A program made the position numbers and the translations under genes. From Tetramitus jugosus (taxonomy: Eukaryota > Protista > Heterolobosea): a stretch of DNA of 64,000 nucleotides. Every line of letters starts with the position of its first letter. The first letter of the stretch is position 1. Of this stretch, positions 20,819-30,734 are shown one piece after another. Where the stretch lies: the NCBI GenBank assembly GCA_937625935.1, contig OW569374.1, positions 404,238 through 468,237 on the forward strand. Direction: 5' to 3'. Below the pieces are notes generated by a model that was not told the origin of the DNA, made no database searches, and saw only the letters and a list, made by a program, of their open reading frames with translations.

Positions 20819-21796
20819 TCAATGGCCAGCAGGCTTTGCGATATTGCTCTTACCAAACAGAGCAAAGATCAATGCAGCCACCTTTTCATAGGCCAAGAAA
20901 TGGAAGGCAGCCATCAAAACAGTTTGCAACAACTTGACATTCAATCCCTTGTACCATCCAAAGAAACCATCTGCTTGGAACATTTGAATCAAACAGTCCA
21001 ATGTGTTCTGATAAGTACGGATACCACTATTCTTTGTGTCCTCACCTGTTGCATTCCTGTTCGAGTTACGCAACTTACTCTGAGCCACTTGCAACGGATA
21101 AGTGACAAATGTAGCAATTGCCTTTGCCACTGCACCCACAATAAAAATCTCCCAGGTAGACAATGATTTTCTACCACTAGAGTGTGCTCTTGCCAGAGCA
21201 ATCTTTCGAATGGCATCATACGCCACAAATTGAATCGTCGGGTTCGAAACGAGAACGAGAGAAGCGACACAACCACTCCACAATGCACCGATACCTTCTT
21301 CCTGAGCCACTCGAACCAAACCATCAATAAAACCATTGTATGGTTTGAGAGCCTTACTACCACTACCTCCTCCTCCTCTTGAAGAACCCTTTTGAGTCTT
21401 GAGTCTCGCAGAAACGACCCACAATGGACAAGTAGTCAAAACATTGACACAACCAGCAGCACTCGCAATCAACAAATTCTGACCAGTAGTCACATTGCGT
21501 TGACCCGTCGCATTCTTCACCAATGCCTTCAACATGTTATTCGTATAAAAATAGATAAAGTTACTGGCAGCGAGTGAAGCCAAAACAGGCCCAAGTCCCT
21601 TGTATAGTGCACCTACACCTTCTTCTTGAATAATTTGTTGTGTGACCTGGAGAGAGTTTTTTCCCTTGAGATTCTCATTGACTTGCATGTATGTACGAAG
21701 AATGTCTAGTGGGTAAAAGGCGGACATGGCTACTTGACCACCAAAGGTGCCTGCAATGGCATGGACGAATGCGTCATATGTGAAAACTTGATCCAT
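20819..21796 (-). CDS. Mitochondrial-carrier-family protein, peroxisomal SLC25A17/PMP34/PXN-like
   Basis: Three carrier repeats (YPLDILRT, CPLWVVSARL, YPLQVAQSKL) plus SNFIYFY and LVSNPTIQF. Confidence 0.85.
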   Translation of the reverse strand: MDQVFTYDAFVHAIAGTFGGQVAMSAFYPLDILRTYMQVNENLKGKNSLQVTQQIIQEEGVGALYKGLGPVLASLAASNFIYFYTNNMLKALVKNATGQRNVTTGQNLLIASAAGCVNVLTTCPLWVVSARLKTQKGSSRGGGGSGSKALKPYNGFIDGLVRVAQEEGIGALWSGCVASLVLVSNPTIQFVAYDAIRKIALARAHSSGRKSLSTWEIFIVGAVAKAIATFVTYPLQVAQSKLRNSNRNATGEDTKNSGIRTYQNTLDCLIQMFQADGFFGWYKGLNVKLLQTVLMAAFHFLAYEKVAALIFALFGKSNIAKPAGH

Positions 21797-22514
21797 TTTG
21801 ATGATGATGATTTATGGTGAGATGGTTTTTTTTGTGTGTTGTTCTGTTGTTTTTTTTTTGTTGTTGTTAAAAGTACAGAGAGAAGAAGAAGAAGCAAACG
21901 AACGAACGAAAAAAAATGAGGGTTTTTTTTTGGTGCTTGTTTGTTTGGGTCGTTTGGTGATTTGTTGCTGTTGTTACTGTTGTTGATTGGTTGGTTGGTG
22001 GTTTGGTTGCCACGCCAGAGCTTCCATGTCGTGATGACACACAGAGAGAGTTTGTGTGTGCGAGGTAGGGAGGAGAAAAAACAAGGAAAATTGAGTGAAT
22101 TTTGGCGGGAGTGAACGGAAGAATGGCACGTTGGGTTCAGAACAGCGAATTGACAAAAGAATTTGAGTCGGTGAAGTGTGGAAGAACAAGGCACCTTTGA
22201 ATCGGGTGTACCGGGTTGTTTTGGTAATCGAGTCTTCATTTCAGGATGAGGTCCAATTTCCAGAAAGTGCACTTGGTCATCTCGGAAATACCAACTGCGG
22301 AAACTAAATGTTGTCACTCAAGTCACAAACGTTGTAAAGTTTTTCTTACTCAATGGTCAGTGAGTGGCATTTAAACGACTTGGAGTTATTCGATGATAAT
22401 ATACAATCAATACCACATACAAACAACAAAATAAGATAACCTTGAAATCCATCGTCGTGTACATAAATACTAAAGAGGAGACAAATTTTGTTTTTTGAGT
22501 GAAAAGAAGACAAC

Positions 22515-24593
22515 ATGCAACAACTTAAATCATGGTGGACAATTGGGATCATCCTTTTATTGTCCTTAATTATGGGCACCTATTCTGTCAATGGTGCAAG
22601 GGTCGTAAGAATCAACGCTGGTGCTCCTAGCGATATCACTATCGGTGGAGTCGTCTGGAGCAGAGATAACGTTGCCCAGAATGGAGGACTGACTGGCAGT
22701 GGCACCGACACTTATACGCTCATCACCAACTCTGACAAGGCCATTCTGTTTAAAACTGGAGCATATGCCCCTGAAGTCGAAGCCCCTCCATTGACCTACA
22801 CTGTCAATGTAGACGCCGGAGTGCAATACAAATGTAGATTATACTTTGCTGAGACATATTCTGGATGTTTTGAGGCAAATAAGAGACTCTTCTCAGTGAA
22901 CGTGAATGGTGCTTTGGTTCTTGGCCCAAATTTTGATATCTGGTCATTGGCTGGAGGACAATACAAGGCTCTGGTTCGTGAGTTTGACTGTCAACCAACA
23001 AGCTCGGGAACGATCACTTTCACTTTCCTTCATTCTCAGCCAGCTAAAAATCATCCAATGGTAAATGCAATCGAAATCGTTGAAGCCAATGCAACTCCTT
23101 CCCCATCCCCATCTGCTACACCACCATCTCCTAGCCCTTCTCCATCACTAGTAACATGTTCATTCTGTCCTGCAGGTTTGTACTGTTGTGGACAAGCTTG
23201 TTACAAGACATCTGAGTTTACCTGCTATGGTCAAACTCTGTGTCCTGCAAATTTACTGCTGTGTGGCCAAGCATGTTACTCTGCAAATTCTTACGACTGT
23301 TACAACGGAAATCTATATCAAAAGGGTACCGCTCCTGGGCCTAATCCACCTCCTCCACCACCATCTACTCCTCCTCCACCACCTTCTACTCCACCTCCAC
23401 CACCACCTCCACCTTCAACACCACCACCACCACCATCTTCAAACGGAGGAAATCCAAATCCAAATCTCCCTTTGGAGACTGCTGTATATAGAATCAATTG
23501 TGGACAATCTGGAGCTACCTATGTTGAAAATGGTGTGACGAAATCAGGTTACAAGGACAGTAGAGGAAAGGTGTGGGACAACGATAACTATTTCAGTCCT
23601 TCAAATGTTGATACATTCTTCAACCTTCAATTCAAGGAACCTCATCCTTATGGAATTGAAGGTACCTATGATCCACATATTTTGTTGACAGAGAGATGGA
23701 GCCCTAACACATTCTCATACACCTTCCCTAACATTGCCTCTGGAAGATATCTAGTAAGATTGTACTGGGCAGAGTTGTATGACGGTAATTTTATCCTGTA
23801 TGATAACAACAATCCAAATCAAGGCTTGAGAGGAATTGGAGTACGAGTGTTCAGTGTGAGTGCCAATGGTGTTTTGAGGATTCCAAAGGTTGATGTGTTC
23901 CAGTCAAATGGTCCTTATGCCCAATTAGTCAGAGAGTTTTGGATAGATGTTGGAGGCGAAGGATCCATCAAGATCGATTTTAACAAGATTGTTGAGTCAC
24001 CAATGATTCAAGCCATCGAAATTGTTCGTGAATCTAACGTTGTTCCTCAACAACAACTACCACCTGGCAGGAAGCAAGGTCTGCTTTCTCAATTCTATGA
24101 CTATCGAGACTACCCTGAAAGTCCAATCCAAACCATGCCTGATGGCGGAGACTTCAAGAAACCCGTTGCATACACCGAGATTTCGAACTACTTTAGCAAT
24201 CCAAACAACTATGGTATTTTCCGTAGCACACCATTCATGGAGCAATTCGCAATGAAGGTTGACGGGTATCTCAGAGTTCCAGTCGCCGGAACCTACATTA
24301 TTACTCTGGAGAGTAACGATGGATCTCAAATGTGGATTTGGACTAACGAGAATAAGCAAGGTACTCCAGCATTTATTGACAATGATGGAAATCACAGAAA
24401 CCTCCAGGAAAAGGTTTATGTCACTTTTAACGCACCAGGTTTCTATCCAATTTTGATCAAGTATTTCCAGGGACATATTAACACTTGTGTGAGAATATAC
24501 TGGATGACTCCAAGTGATGATCAAAACAGGTGGACAGAAGAAGTGGATGTTGGAAGAATCATTGGACCTGAGTTCTGGTCATACAATGGTTGA
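22515..24593 (+). CDS. Secreted multi-lectin: malectin + Cys-rich CBM52-like module + Pro linker + malectin + PA14
   Basis: Signal peptide. Malectin motifs RINAG..RLYFAE..RLFSVNVNG..PMVNAIEI, and a second malectin starting RINCG. Two CGQACY repeats. PA14 motifs LESNDGS..IDNDGNH..YPILIKYFQ. Confidence 0.8.
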   Translation: MQQLKSWWTIGIILLLSLIMGTYSVNGARVVRINAGAPSDITIGGVVWSRDNVAQNGGLTGSGTDTYTLITNSDKAILFKTGAYAPEVEAPPLTYTVNVDAGVQYKCRLYFAETYSGCFEANKRLFSVNVNGALVLGPNFDIWSLAGGQYKALVREFDCQPTSSGTITFTFLHSQPAKNHPMVNAIEIVEANATPSPSPSATPPSPSPSPSLVTCSFCPAGLYCCGQACYKTSEFTCYGQTLCPANLLLCGQACYSANSYDCYNGNLYQKGTAPGPNPPPPPPSTPPPPPSTPPPPPPPPSTPPPPPSSNGGNPNPNLPLETAVYRINCGQSGATYVENGVTKSGYKDSRGKVWDNDNYFSPSNVDTFFNLQFKEPHPYGIEGTYDPHILLTERWSPNTFSYTFPNIASGRYLVRLYWAELYDGNFILYDNNNPNQGLRGIGVRVFSVSANGVLRIPKVDVFQSNGPYAQLVREFWIDVGGEGSIKIDFNKIVESPMIQAIEIVRESNVVPQQQLPPGRKQGLLSQFYDYRDYPESPIQTMPDGGDFKKPVAYTEISNYFSNPNNYGIFRSTPFMEQFAMKVDGYLRVPVAGTYIITLESNDGSQMWIWTNENKQGTPAFIDNDGNHRNLQEKVYVTFNAPGFYPILIKYFQGHINTCVRIYWMTPSDDQNRWTEEVDVGRIIGPEFWSYNG

Positions 24594-24876
24594 ACTTAAG
24601 ATGAATCTAATAAAACAGACTGATTACTCGTAAATCTATACTCCATCACCTCTCAGAGGAGCTGCTGAATAGCGGAATTTAATCCAATGGGTATTGAGTA
24701 ACGAAAAAATCAGAAATCCGTAAAAAAACGGCGATGACCAGGTGGTTATTTCCGGGTTTACGATGTGACCCAATTATTTCGACTATGATTTCATGAACGC
24801 AGGTCACTTTATATCAAAAAGAGACAGCCTTATTCGAGAGAAATCTCCAGAAAACTAACAACTAAAGAAAATCATC

Positions 24877-26271
24877 ATGAATAATCAAATATTTCGGACC
24901 TCTTGCTGCAAGCCAAGTCTGTTGCTCCCTTTACTGTCCATCTTTCTCATCTTTTTCTCACTTCAGGGCTCTGTTGCTCTGGCTGCCAGTAATCCCAATC
25001 CCACTCTCCCTTTAGAGTATTCTCTATATCGGATCAATTGTGGACAAGATGGTGCAAGATACTTGGAAGAAGAAGGAGAATGGATCATGTTGGGGTACAA
25101 AGATAAGGAAGGAAAAGTTTGGGCTGATGACAACTACTTCACTGCATCCAATACGACTTTCTTTGATAATCTGACATATGCTGAACCTCATCCATATGGT
25201 ATAGAAGCAACACATGACCCGAACATCCTTTTAAAAAGCAGGTGGAGCACTAGTTCCTTCTCCTACACTTTCCCAAATGTAGACTCGGGAAGGTACCTTG
25301 TAAGATTATACTGGGCTGAATTGGACAACAACAACTTTATACTGTTTGATGGTTATGTGAACAAAATGTTGAAGGGAGTGGGTGTTCGGGTCTTCAGTGT
25401 GAGCGCCAATGGTATGTTGAAGATTCCAAAGGTAGATATCTTCCAATCAGTTGGTCCGTATGCTCAACTTGTCAGAGAGTTTTGGGTGGATGTGCAGGAT
25501 GAGGGGTCCATAAAGCTTGACTTCAACAAGTTGATTGGTTCACCCATGATCCAAGGAATAGAAATAATTTCAGAATCGCGAGTGGTTCCTCAACAAGTGT
25601 TGGCAACTGGGGTTCAACAAGGACTTCTCTCTTTCTTCTACAACTATAGCGATTATCCTGAAAGTCCAATCAAAACAATGCCAGACAAAGGAAACTTTTC
25701 AAAACCTATATCCTATGTGGAAATTTCTAACTATTTCAGTAATCCCAACAATCTAGGACGATTCCGAAGCTCCCCTTTTATTGACCAGTTTGCCATGCAA
25801 TCTTCGGGTTTCTTGAGAATTCCAGTCGCTGGAAAGTACAAGATTACTTTAGAGAGCAATGATGGATCTCAAATGTGGATTTGGACTGATCAACAGAAAC
25901 AAGAACCACCTCAGTATATAGACAATGATGGCAACCATCGAAATATTCAAAAGTACACCAATGTAACCTTCGCTGCCCCTGGATTCTACCCTATTCGTCT
26001 GAAATATTTCCAAGGACTAGTGTACTCCTGCTTGAGACTCTATTGGATGACACCCAGTGATGATCAGTCTCTCTTTTCTCTTGGGAGAAACGTTGGAAGG
26101 ATAATTGGTCCAGAGTACTTTTCTTTTGAGCAATCAGAACTTTTAGAGGTCATATCTGCACATGTTAATGGAACTGAAGGTCTCATACTGAATGGAGTCG
26201 CAACCTCCTTTATTTATTCTCCAATTCTGTACTTCTTACTCTGGGCTATCACAATTCTTTTTCAACTCTAA
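24877..26271 (+). CDS. Malectin + PA14 paralog with C-terminal hydrophobic (GPI/TM) tail
   Basis: Clearly similar to the C-terminal half of 22515-24593 from NPNP.LPLE onward. Has its own signal peptide and a terminal PILYFLLWAITILFQL. Confidence 0.8.
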   Translation: MNNQIFRTSCCKPSLLLPLLSIFLIFFSLQGSVALAASNPNPTLPLEYSLYRINCGQDGARYLEEEGEWIMLGYKDKEGKVWADDNYFTASNTTFFDNLTYAEPHPYGIEATHDPNILLKSRWSTSSFSYTFPNVDSGRYLVRLYWAELDNNNFILFDGYVNKMLKGVGVRVFSVSANGMLKIPKVDIFQSVGPYAQLVREFWVDVQDEGSIKLDFNKLIGSPMIQGIEIISESRVVPQQVLATGVQQGLLSFFYNYSDYPESPIKTMPDKGNFSKPISYVEISNYFSNPNNLGRFRSSPFIDQFAMQSSGFLRIPVAGKYKITLESNDGSQMWIWTDQQKQEPPQYIDNDGNHRNIQKYTNVTFAAPGFYPIRLKYFQGLVYSCLRLYWMTPSDDQSLFSLGRNVGRIIGPEYFSFEQSELLEVISAHVNGTEGLILNGVATSFIYSPILYFLLWAITILFQL

Positions 26272-26305
26272 GTAAAAAAACAACGGACGGTAAAACCCAC
26301 AAAAA

Positions 26306-26743
26306 ATGACATTTGTTTATGCACAAGAGAATGATGGTGTGGATTGGAACGAAACATCAGCCACATCAACAGGTGGCAGTGCTACAATCTATCTTCCCAA
26401 AGGAGCCACATCCCTCAAAATACGTGTGACCAAACCATGCACAAAATATGACTTTGAGCTTATTGTAACCACTCACAGAAACTGGCGTGACAATCAAGTA
26501 GCGGCCTATCTGTCCTCTGGTGGTTTGTACACAAGGTATGGAAGTCAAGCTCCTGCTTCACCTATCCCGATTCGTAGCTGGGGAGAGACCGGAAGTGTGG
26601 CCAGTGTTACAGTAGATTATGACAGACGAGTTATCACATTTTATTGCAATGAGGTGCCGCAAGCAGTGTTTGCCTTAGAATTGAACGAAGTCTTATTGGG
26701 AATTCGTGTACATCATGGTGGAGCCATAAATTTGATTCAATAA
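26306..26743 (+). CDS. Small SPRY/beta-sandwich-like protein
   Basis: A-rich leader before ATG. GETGSVASVTVDYDRRVITFYCN resembles the SPRY C-terminal strands. Confidence 0.5.
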   Translation: MTFVYAQENDGVDWNETSATSTGGSATIYLPKGATSLKIRVTKPCTKYDFELIVTTHRNWRDNQVAAYLSSGGLYTRYGSQAPASPIPIRSWGETGSVASVTVDYDRRVITFYCNEVPQAVFALELNEVLLGIRVHHGGAINLIQ

Positions 26744-26846
26744 ATCTCGTGAATGACACAGAAGTCAGAAGTCAAATGTAATTCAACAGGGAGGGAGTTT
26801 CAGTTACTCCGAATTTACAGACAAACAACTTCAGCATCTTGATAAT

Positions 26847-28871
26847 ATGAAAAGAAATGCAGGTGAAATAGAGCTCAGGTTTGAGAAATTAAAAGAAATA
26901 ATTGGTCAATTCTCGAGCATTGTCGACCAGAAAGTATCAATCATCGAAGATGCTTGTACCAAAATTTCTCAAATCGAGGAACAACAGGATCGGTTCCGTC
27001 TCAAAGTAAATGAGCTAATTTCGATTCAAACAGATGGACTCAAAGACGTCAAAGCAGCTGCTCGAAATCTAGAAAAGGTTGTGAAGAGCGATATTGAACT
27101 GATCACGTACCGGATGAAGAAGAAAATGAATGAATATGATGAATTTAGGTCGCAGCTGAACTCTTTGTTGAAACAGGCTGATCTATTGTTCAACTCTGAC
27201 AATGAAAGTGAAGTCTTAGGCAGTTCTAAACAAAATGAAGACTGTGTTCGAGACCCAAATGTTGATTCGGATTTAGAGAGACTTGTTTCAGATGCCAGTA
27301 GTGAACTGGATCGACTTAAAGAAGAGAATACTATGTTGACAGATGTTGCGAATGAACAAAAGAAGGTCATTGATCAATTGGTTGAAGAGCGAGGAATACT
27401 TGTGGAATATAGTGAGCAGGAGATAGAAAAATGGAAACACCTTTCGTTCTTGTCTGTACCTCTCATTCAACTGTTAGATATACGCATGAGAAGCAACCAA
27501 GAACATCCCGAGACACCTCAGGCAAATGTAAATGAAATAGAAAATAGTTCTCCTTCAGTTCATCAAACTAGTCAAGTGGATGTAGTAGCGAACGCTCTTG
27601 TGGACCCGAGGGAAACTCAAGTCACTGAATCTTTAGTACTTGAACCAGATACTGGAAGAAATAATGAAATTCCAAATGATATAGTCATCGAACATCTGGC
27701 AATATCTAAATCGAATGAATTGTTAGAGCAAAAAGAACCGTCTGAGGCAGATATACAACCAGAGGCGAAGATACTCACAGAAGACAATAGTTCCACTATT
27801 CAACATTCCTCATCTGAACTAACTATACTAAGCAGAGAAATATTTAACGATATTGGACATCCAATTGCTACTAGTACTCAAGTGAAGGAGCTCAAAGAAC
27901 TTTTTACATCATATTCTCAATTACAGCGATCCAACATTGGTTGTAAAGAGAAGGATCATGTTGATGGCTTCGGGAAGAGAGCTTGCTTTAACACTCCATT
28001 ATCGCTTCATATCATCAAAAACAACATATATGTTTCAGATATAGGGAACAAAGCAATCCGCAAAGTGAACATTTCAGATGGTCTGGTATCGACTGTAACA
28101 AATCCAATTGAGCCACATCTAAAGTTTAAATGTCCTGGAAGTGTTTGTGCGACAAGGGATGGATTAACTTTATTTATTTCAGACCTATTCTCTCACCATA
28201 TTTTTGAAGTTGATGTAGCCAGTGGATCGATAAAGCACTCCTTCACAAAATTAATAGCTCATTTGGGAAAAATTAGGCATCCTTCCCATGTTTTAGTCGA
28301 TGAGGAAGATTTTGTGTATATATCTCATTCCCAAGGAATACTTCGAGTACCTTTAAGCTTTGCCTCGTTAACAAAAAACAGTGGCACAACGATACAATCT
28401 CGATCAATAACGTACGTTGGCAACCCTAAACGTAGAGGCTACAAGGATGGTTCTTTTGATGAGTGTTTATTCGATCATCCGAACGGAATGACATTTCTAA
28501 GTCAGAACATCTTGCTTGTTTGTGATAGTCGAAACAATGTGTTGAGGATCGTGGATTTCGAACGGAGGGTGGTGGAGACGTTTTGTGGTAATGGAAAGAG
28601 TGGATGTGTTGATAAATCCATATTTGAATGCTCGTTTTGTCTGCCCAAGAAGGTATGCTACAACATGGAGAAGAATCGCTTGTATTTGACAGAGAGTTCC
28701 CACGGCAACATTCGTGTCATCGATTTAGATGCAGAGAAGGTATCAACTCTGGTTATTACTCCTCCTCTGATATCTCCATACGATATTGCATGTATGAAAC
28801 TCTCAGACTCTGAGACATTATTTGTTGTAGATTCAGATGCTCATTGTATCGAACGCATTGTCCTCACCTGA
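26847..28871 (+). CDS. Coiled-coil + NHL-repeat beta-propeller protein
   Basis: N-terminal heptads. NHL-like repeats: DGFGKRACFNTP..IYVSDIGNKAIRKV, GYKDG..FDHPNG..VCDSRNNVLR. Confidence 0.8.
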   Translation: MKRNAGEIELRFEKLKEIIGQFSSIVDQKVSIIEDACTKISQIEEQQDRFRLKVNELISIQTDGLKDVKAAARNLEKVVKSDIELITYRMKKKMNEYDEFRSQLNSLLKQADLLFNSDNESEVLGSSKQNEDCVRDPNVDSDLERLVSDASSELDRLKEENTMLTDVANEQKKVIDQLVEERGILVEYSEQEIEKWKHLSFLSVPLIQLLDIRMRSNQEHPETPQANVNEIENSSPSVHQTSQVDVVANALVDPRETQVTESLVLEPDTGRNNEIPNDIVIEHLAISKSNELLEQKEPSEADIQPEAKILTEDNSSTIQHSSSELTILSREIFNDIGHPIATSTQVKELKELFTSYSQLQRSNIGCKEKDHVDGFGKRACFNTPLSLHIIKNNIYVSDIGNKAIRKVNISDGLVSTVTNPIEPHLKFKCPGSVCATRDGLTLFISDLFSHHIFEVDVASGSIKHSFTKLIAHLGKIRHPSHVLVDEEDFVYISHSQGILRVPLSFASLTKNSGTTIQSRSITYVGNPKRRGYKDGSFDECLFDHPNGMTFLSQNILLVCDSRNNVLRIVDFERRVVETFCGNGKSGCVDKSIFECSFCLPKKVCYNMEKNRLYLTESSHGNIRVIDLDAEKVSTLVITPPLISPYDIACMKLSDSETLFVVDSDAHCIERIVLT

Positions 28872-29030
28872 AGTTGACCGATAACTCGGCATTCCCATTT
28901 GGTGCTTGGCGCGCTATCCTACTGTCAAAAGTCAACAAGATATTTTCCCGCCTTTCAAACACGTCAAATAAATTCTGTTTGGTGGTGAACAAGGGGCACG
29001 GAAGAGCCTCCACTTTGCCCACACTGGGCA

Positions 29031-30614
29031 ATGGAGTATGGAACCCTCAATCCACAACGAACAACAAAAAACAACACTTTTTCTTCCAACAACAACAAAA
29101 GCAAAAGCAACAACAACAACAACTGTCAACTGTCATCATCGACGAGAATGAATCAACAAGGACCACCCAACACGCAAGCACTCTTCACAAGAAACAATCG
29201 AAGTGCATCGTTTGATGATCCATACAGAGGCAGAAAAACAACACTCGACTACACATCAGCAGCAGACAACAACAACATTGACAATGGTGGTGAAGGTGGT
29301 CGAAGTGTGCTCTCCTTTTGTGGACCCAGTCGATTCCAGCCCCATGATCCCATCATTCAACAATTGTTTAAGAAATTTGGCGACACAGAATTGTTGTTCT
29401 CTGCAGAGGTCAACAAGGTGAACAAGGTGATGAAATTTCAAAAGAGAATCCTGGTCATTTCAGACAAGTACGTGTACAATATGCACCCAAAGACATATCA
29501 AGTCAAGAGAGCCATCGTTCTCGATCGAGTCTCCAAAGTTCACTTGTCAGAGTTGAGAGACGACTTTTTGTTTATTCATGTGGACAATGAACGAGACTAC
29601 TTGTACCACACGGATCGCAAAACCGAAATTATTCAAGTGCTCAAACTGGCCAAGAGAGAGAAAATTCCGGCTCATATGCGTGTGTCGTCCTGGTACGCGG
29701 AAGGCGAGTTGGAAATCATGGTCGGTAACACTTTCCAGTACGCACCAGAGAAGCACGATGTAAAAATACCGGTCGAGTTCACGTTTGATGAAACGTTGCA
29801 GACCAAGGAACAAGTCATTGAGTCGACAAAGGACAAATTGACTATTCGTCTCATGAGAGAAGACAATCGAATCTTTGCGATTGAGAGTATTATTATGGAA
29901 CTCAAGGATTATGGTTCGTTTGGTGGCTCCCCCGTGTCTTCACCTTCCAGAGGCTCTGTTGCACTCAGTGGAAGCAACAGCAATGGCAGCAACAGTGGAT
30001 TGAAGGCCAAGTGTGACAAGTGTTTCGATGAAGATGAAGCCGTACACTTTTGTACAAACTGTAAGGAACTGTTGTGTGATTTGCACTCGAGAGCGCATCG
30101 GAAAGACAAGAGCTACAGGGATCATACCTATTTGGATGCGGAGCAGTATCAGTTGCAATTGCAACAGAGCTTGCAACAAAACAGTGCCAATATTCCATCT
30201 TCTCCCGTGACTCCTTCTTCTCCTGCAGCAGCCGAGATCAAGTACATTGATGTGACTGATGATCCAGGCATCATTTCGATTCAATCACCAAAGAGTGAGT
30301 ATCAGTTGGTTGTGCGATTCCGTGTGCACAGAAATATGGATGATCTCAGGATTATTCAAACTACAACAGGAACTACAAAGAAGCAACAAGTGACCCACGT
30401 AGGAAACATTCAATTGTACTCTTCTGATCTCGGAAGAGAGAGATTTAAGCGCATGGAACTGAGATTGGACCCTGTGCAAGTCACCAACACATTCTCTGGT
30501 AACGTCAAGGTTTCTATTCAGTTCCAGAGCAAGACACACAAGAAGCCTCCACTGTTCAAGACTTACTTTAGCTACACTTGTTCCAGCAAGAAGAGATTCA
30601 GCATTTGGAAGTAA
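29031..30614 (+). CDS. Myosin TH1 (PH-like) domain + B-box zinc finger protein (start may be ATG 29148)
   Basis: TH1-like LLFSAEVNKVNK..QKRILVISDKYVYNM. B-box CDKC..FCTNCKELLCDLHSRAH..DH. Confidence 0.75.
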   Translation: MEYGTLNPQRTTKNNTFSSNNNKSKSNNNNNCQLSSSTRMNQQGPPNTQALFTRNNRSASFDDPYRGRKTTLDYTSAADNNNIDNGGEGGRSVLSFCGPSRFQPHDPIIQQLFKKFGDTELLFSAEVNKVNKVMKFQKRILVISDKYVYNMHPKTYQVKRAIVLDRVSKVHLSELRDDFLFIHVDNERDYLYHTDRKTEIIQVLKLAKREKIPAHMRVSSWYAEGELEIMVGNTFQYAPEKHDVKIPVEFTFDETLQTKEQVIESTKDKLTIRLMREDNRIFAIESIIMELKDYGSFGGSPVSSPSRGSVALSGSNSNGSNSGLKAKCDKCFDEDEAVHFCTNCKELLCDLHSRAHRKDKSYRDHTYLDAEQYQLQLQQSLQQNSANIPSSPVTPSSPAAAEIKYIDVTDDPGIISIQSPKSEYQLVVRFRVHRNMDDLRIIQTTTGTTKKQQVTHVGNIQLYSSDLGRERFKRMELRLDPVQVTNTFSGNVKVSIQFQSKTHKKPPLFKTYFSYTCSSKKRFSIWK

Positions 30615-30734
30615 AATAAAAATTTCACACGTTGTTCTCCGGTCCCTTGTCCCGACTTCCCTTTTGTGCGCTCGTCAATATTGCTTCCGCAATCCAAACA
30701 CAGGTGTCATCCACAAAAGCACACAGAAAAAAAA

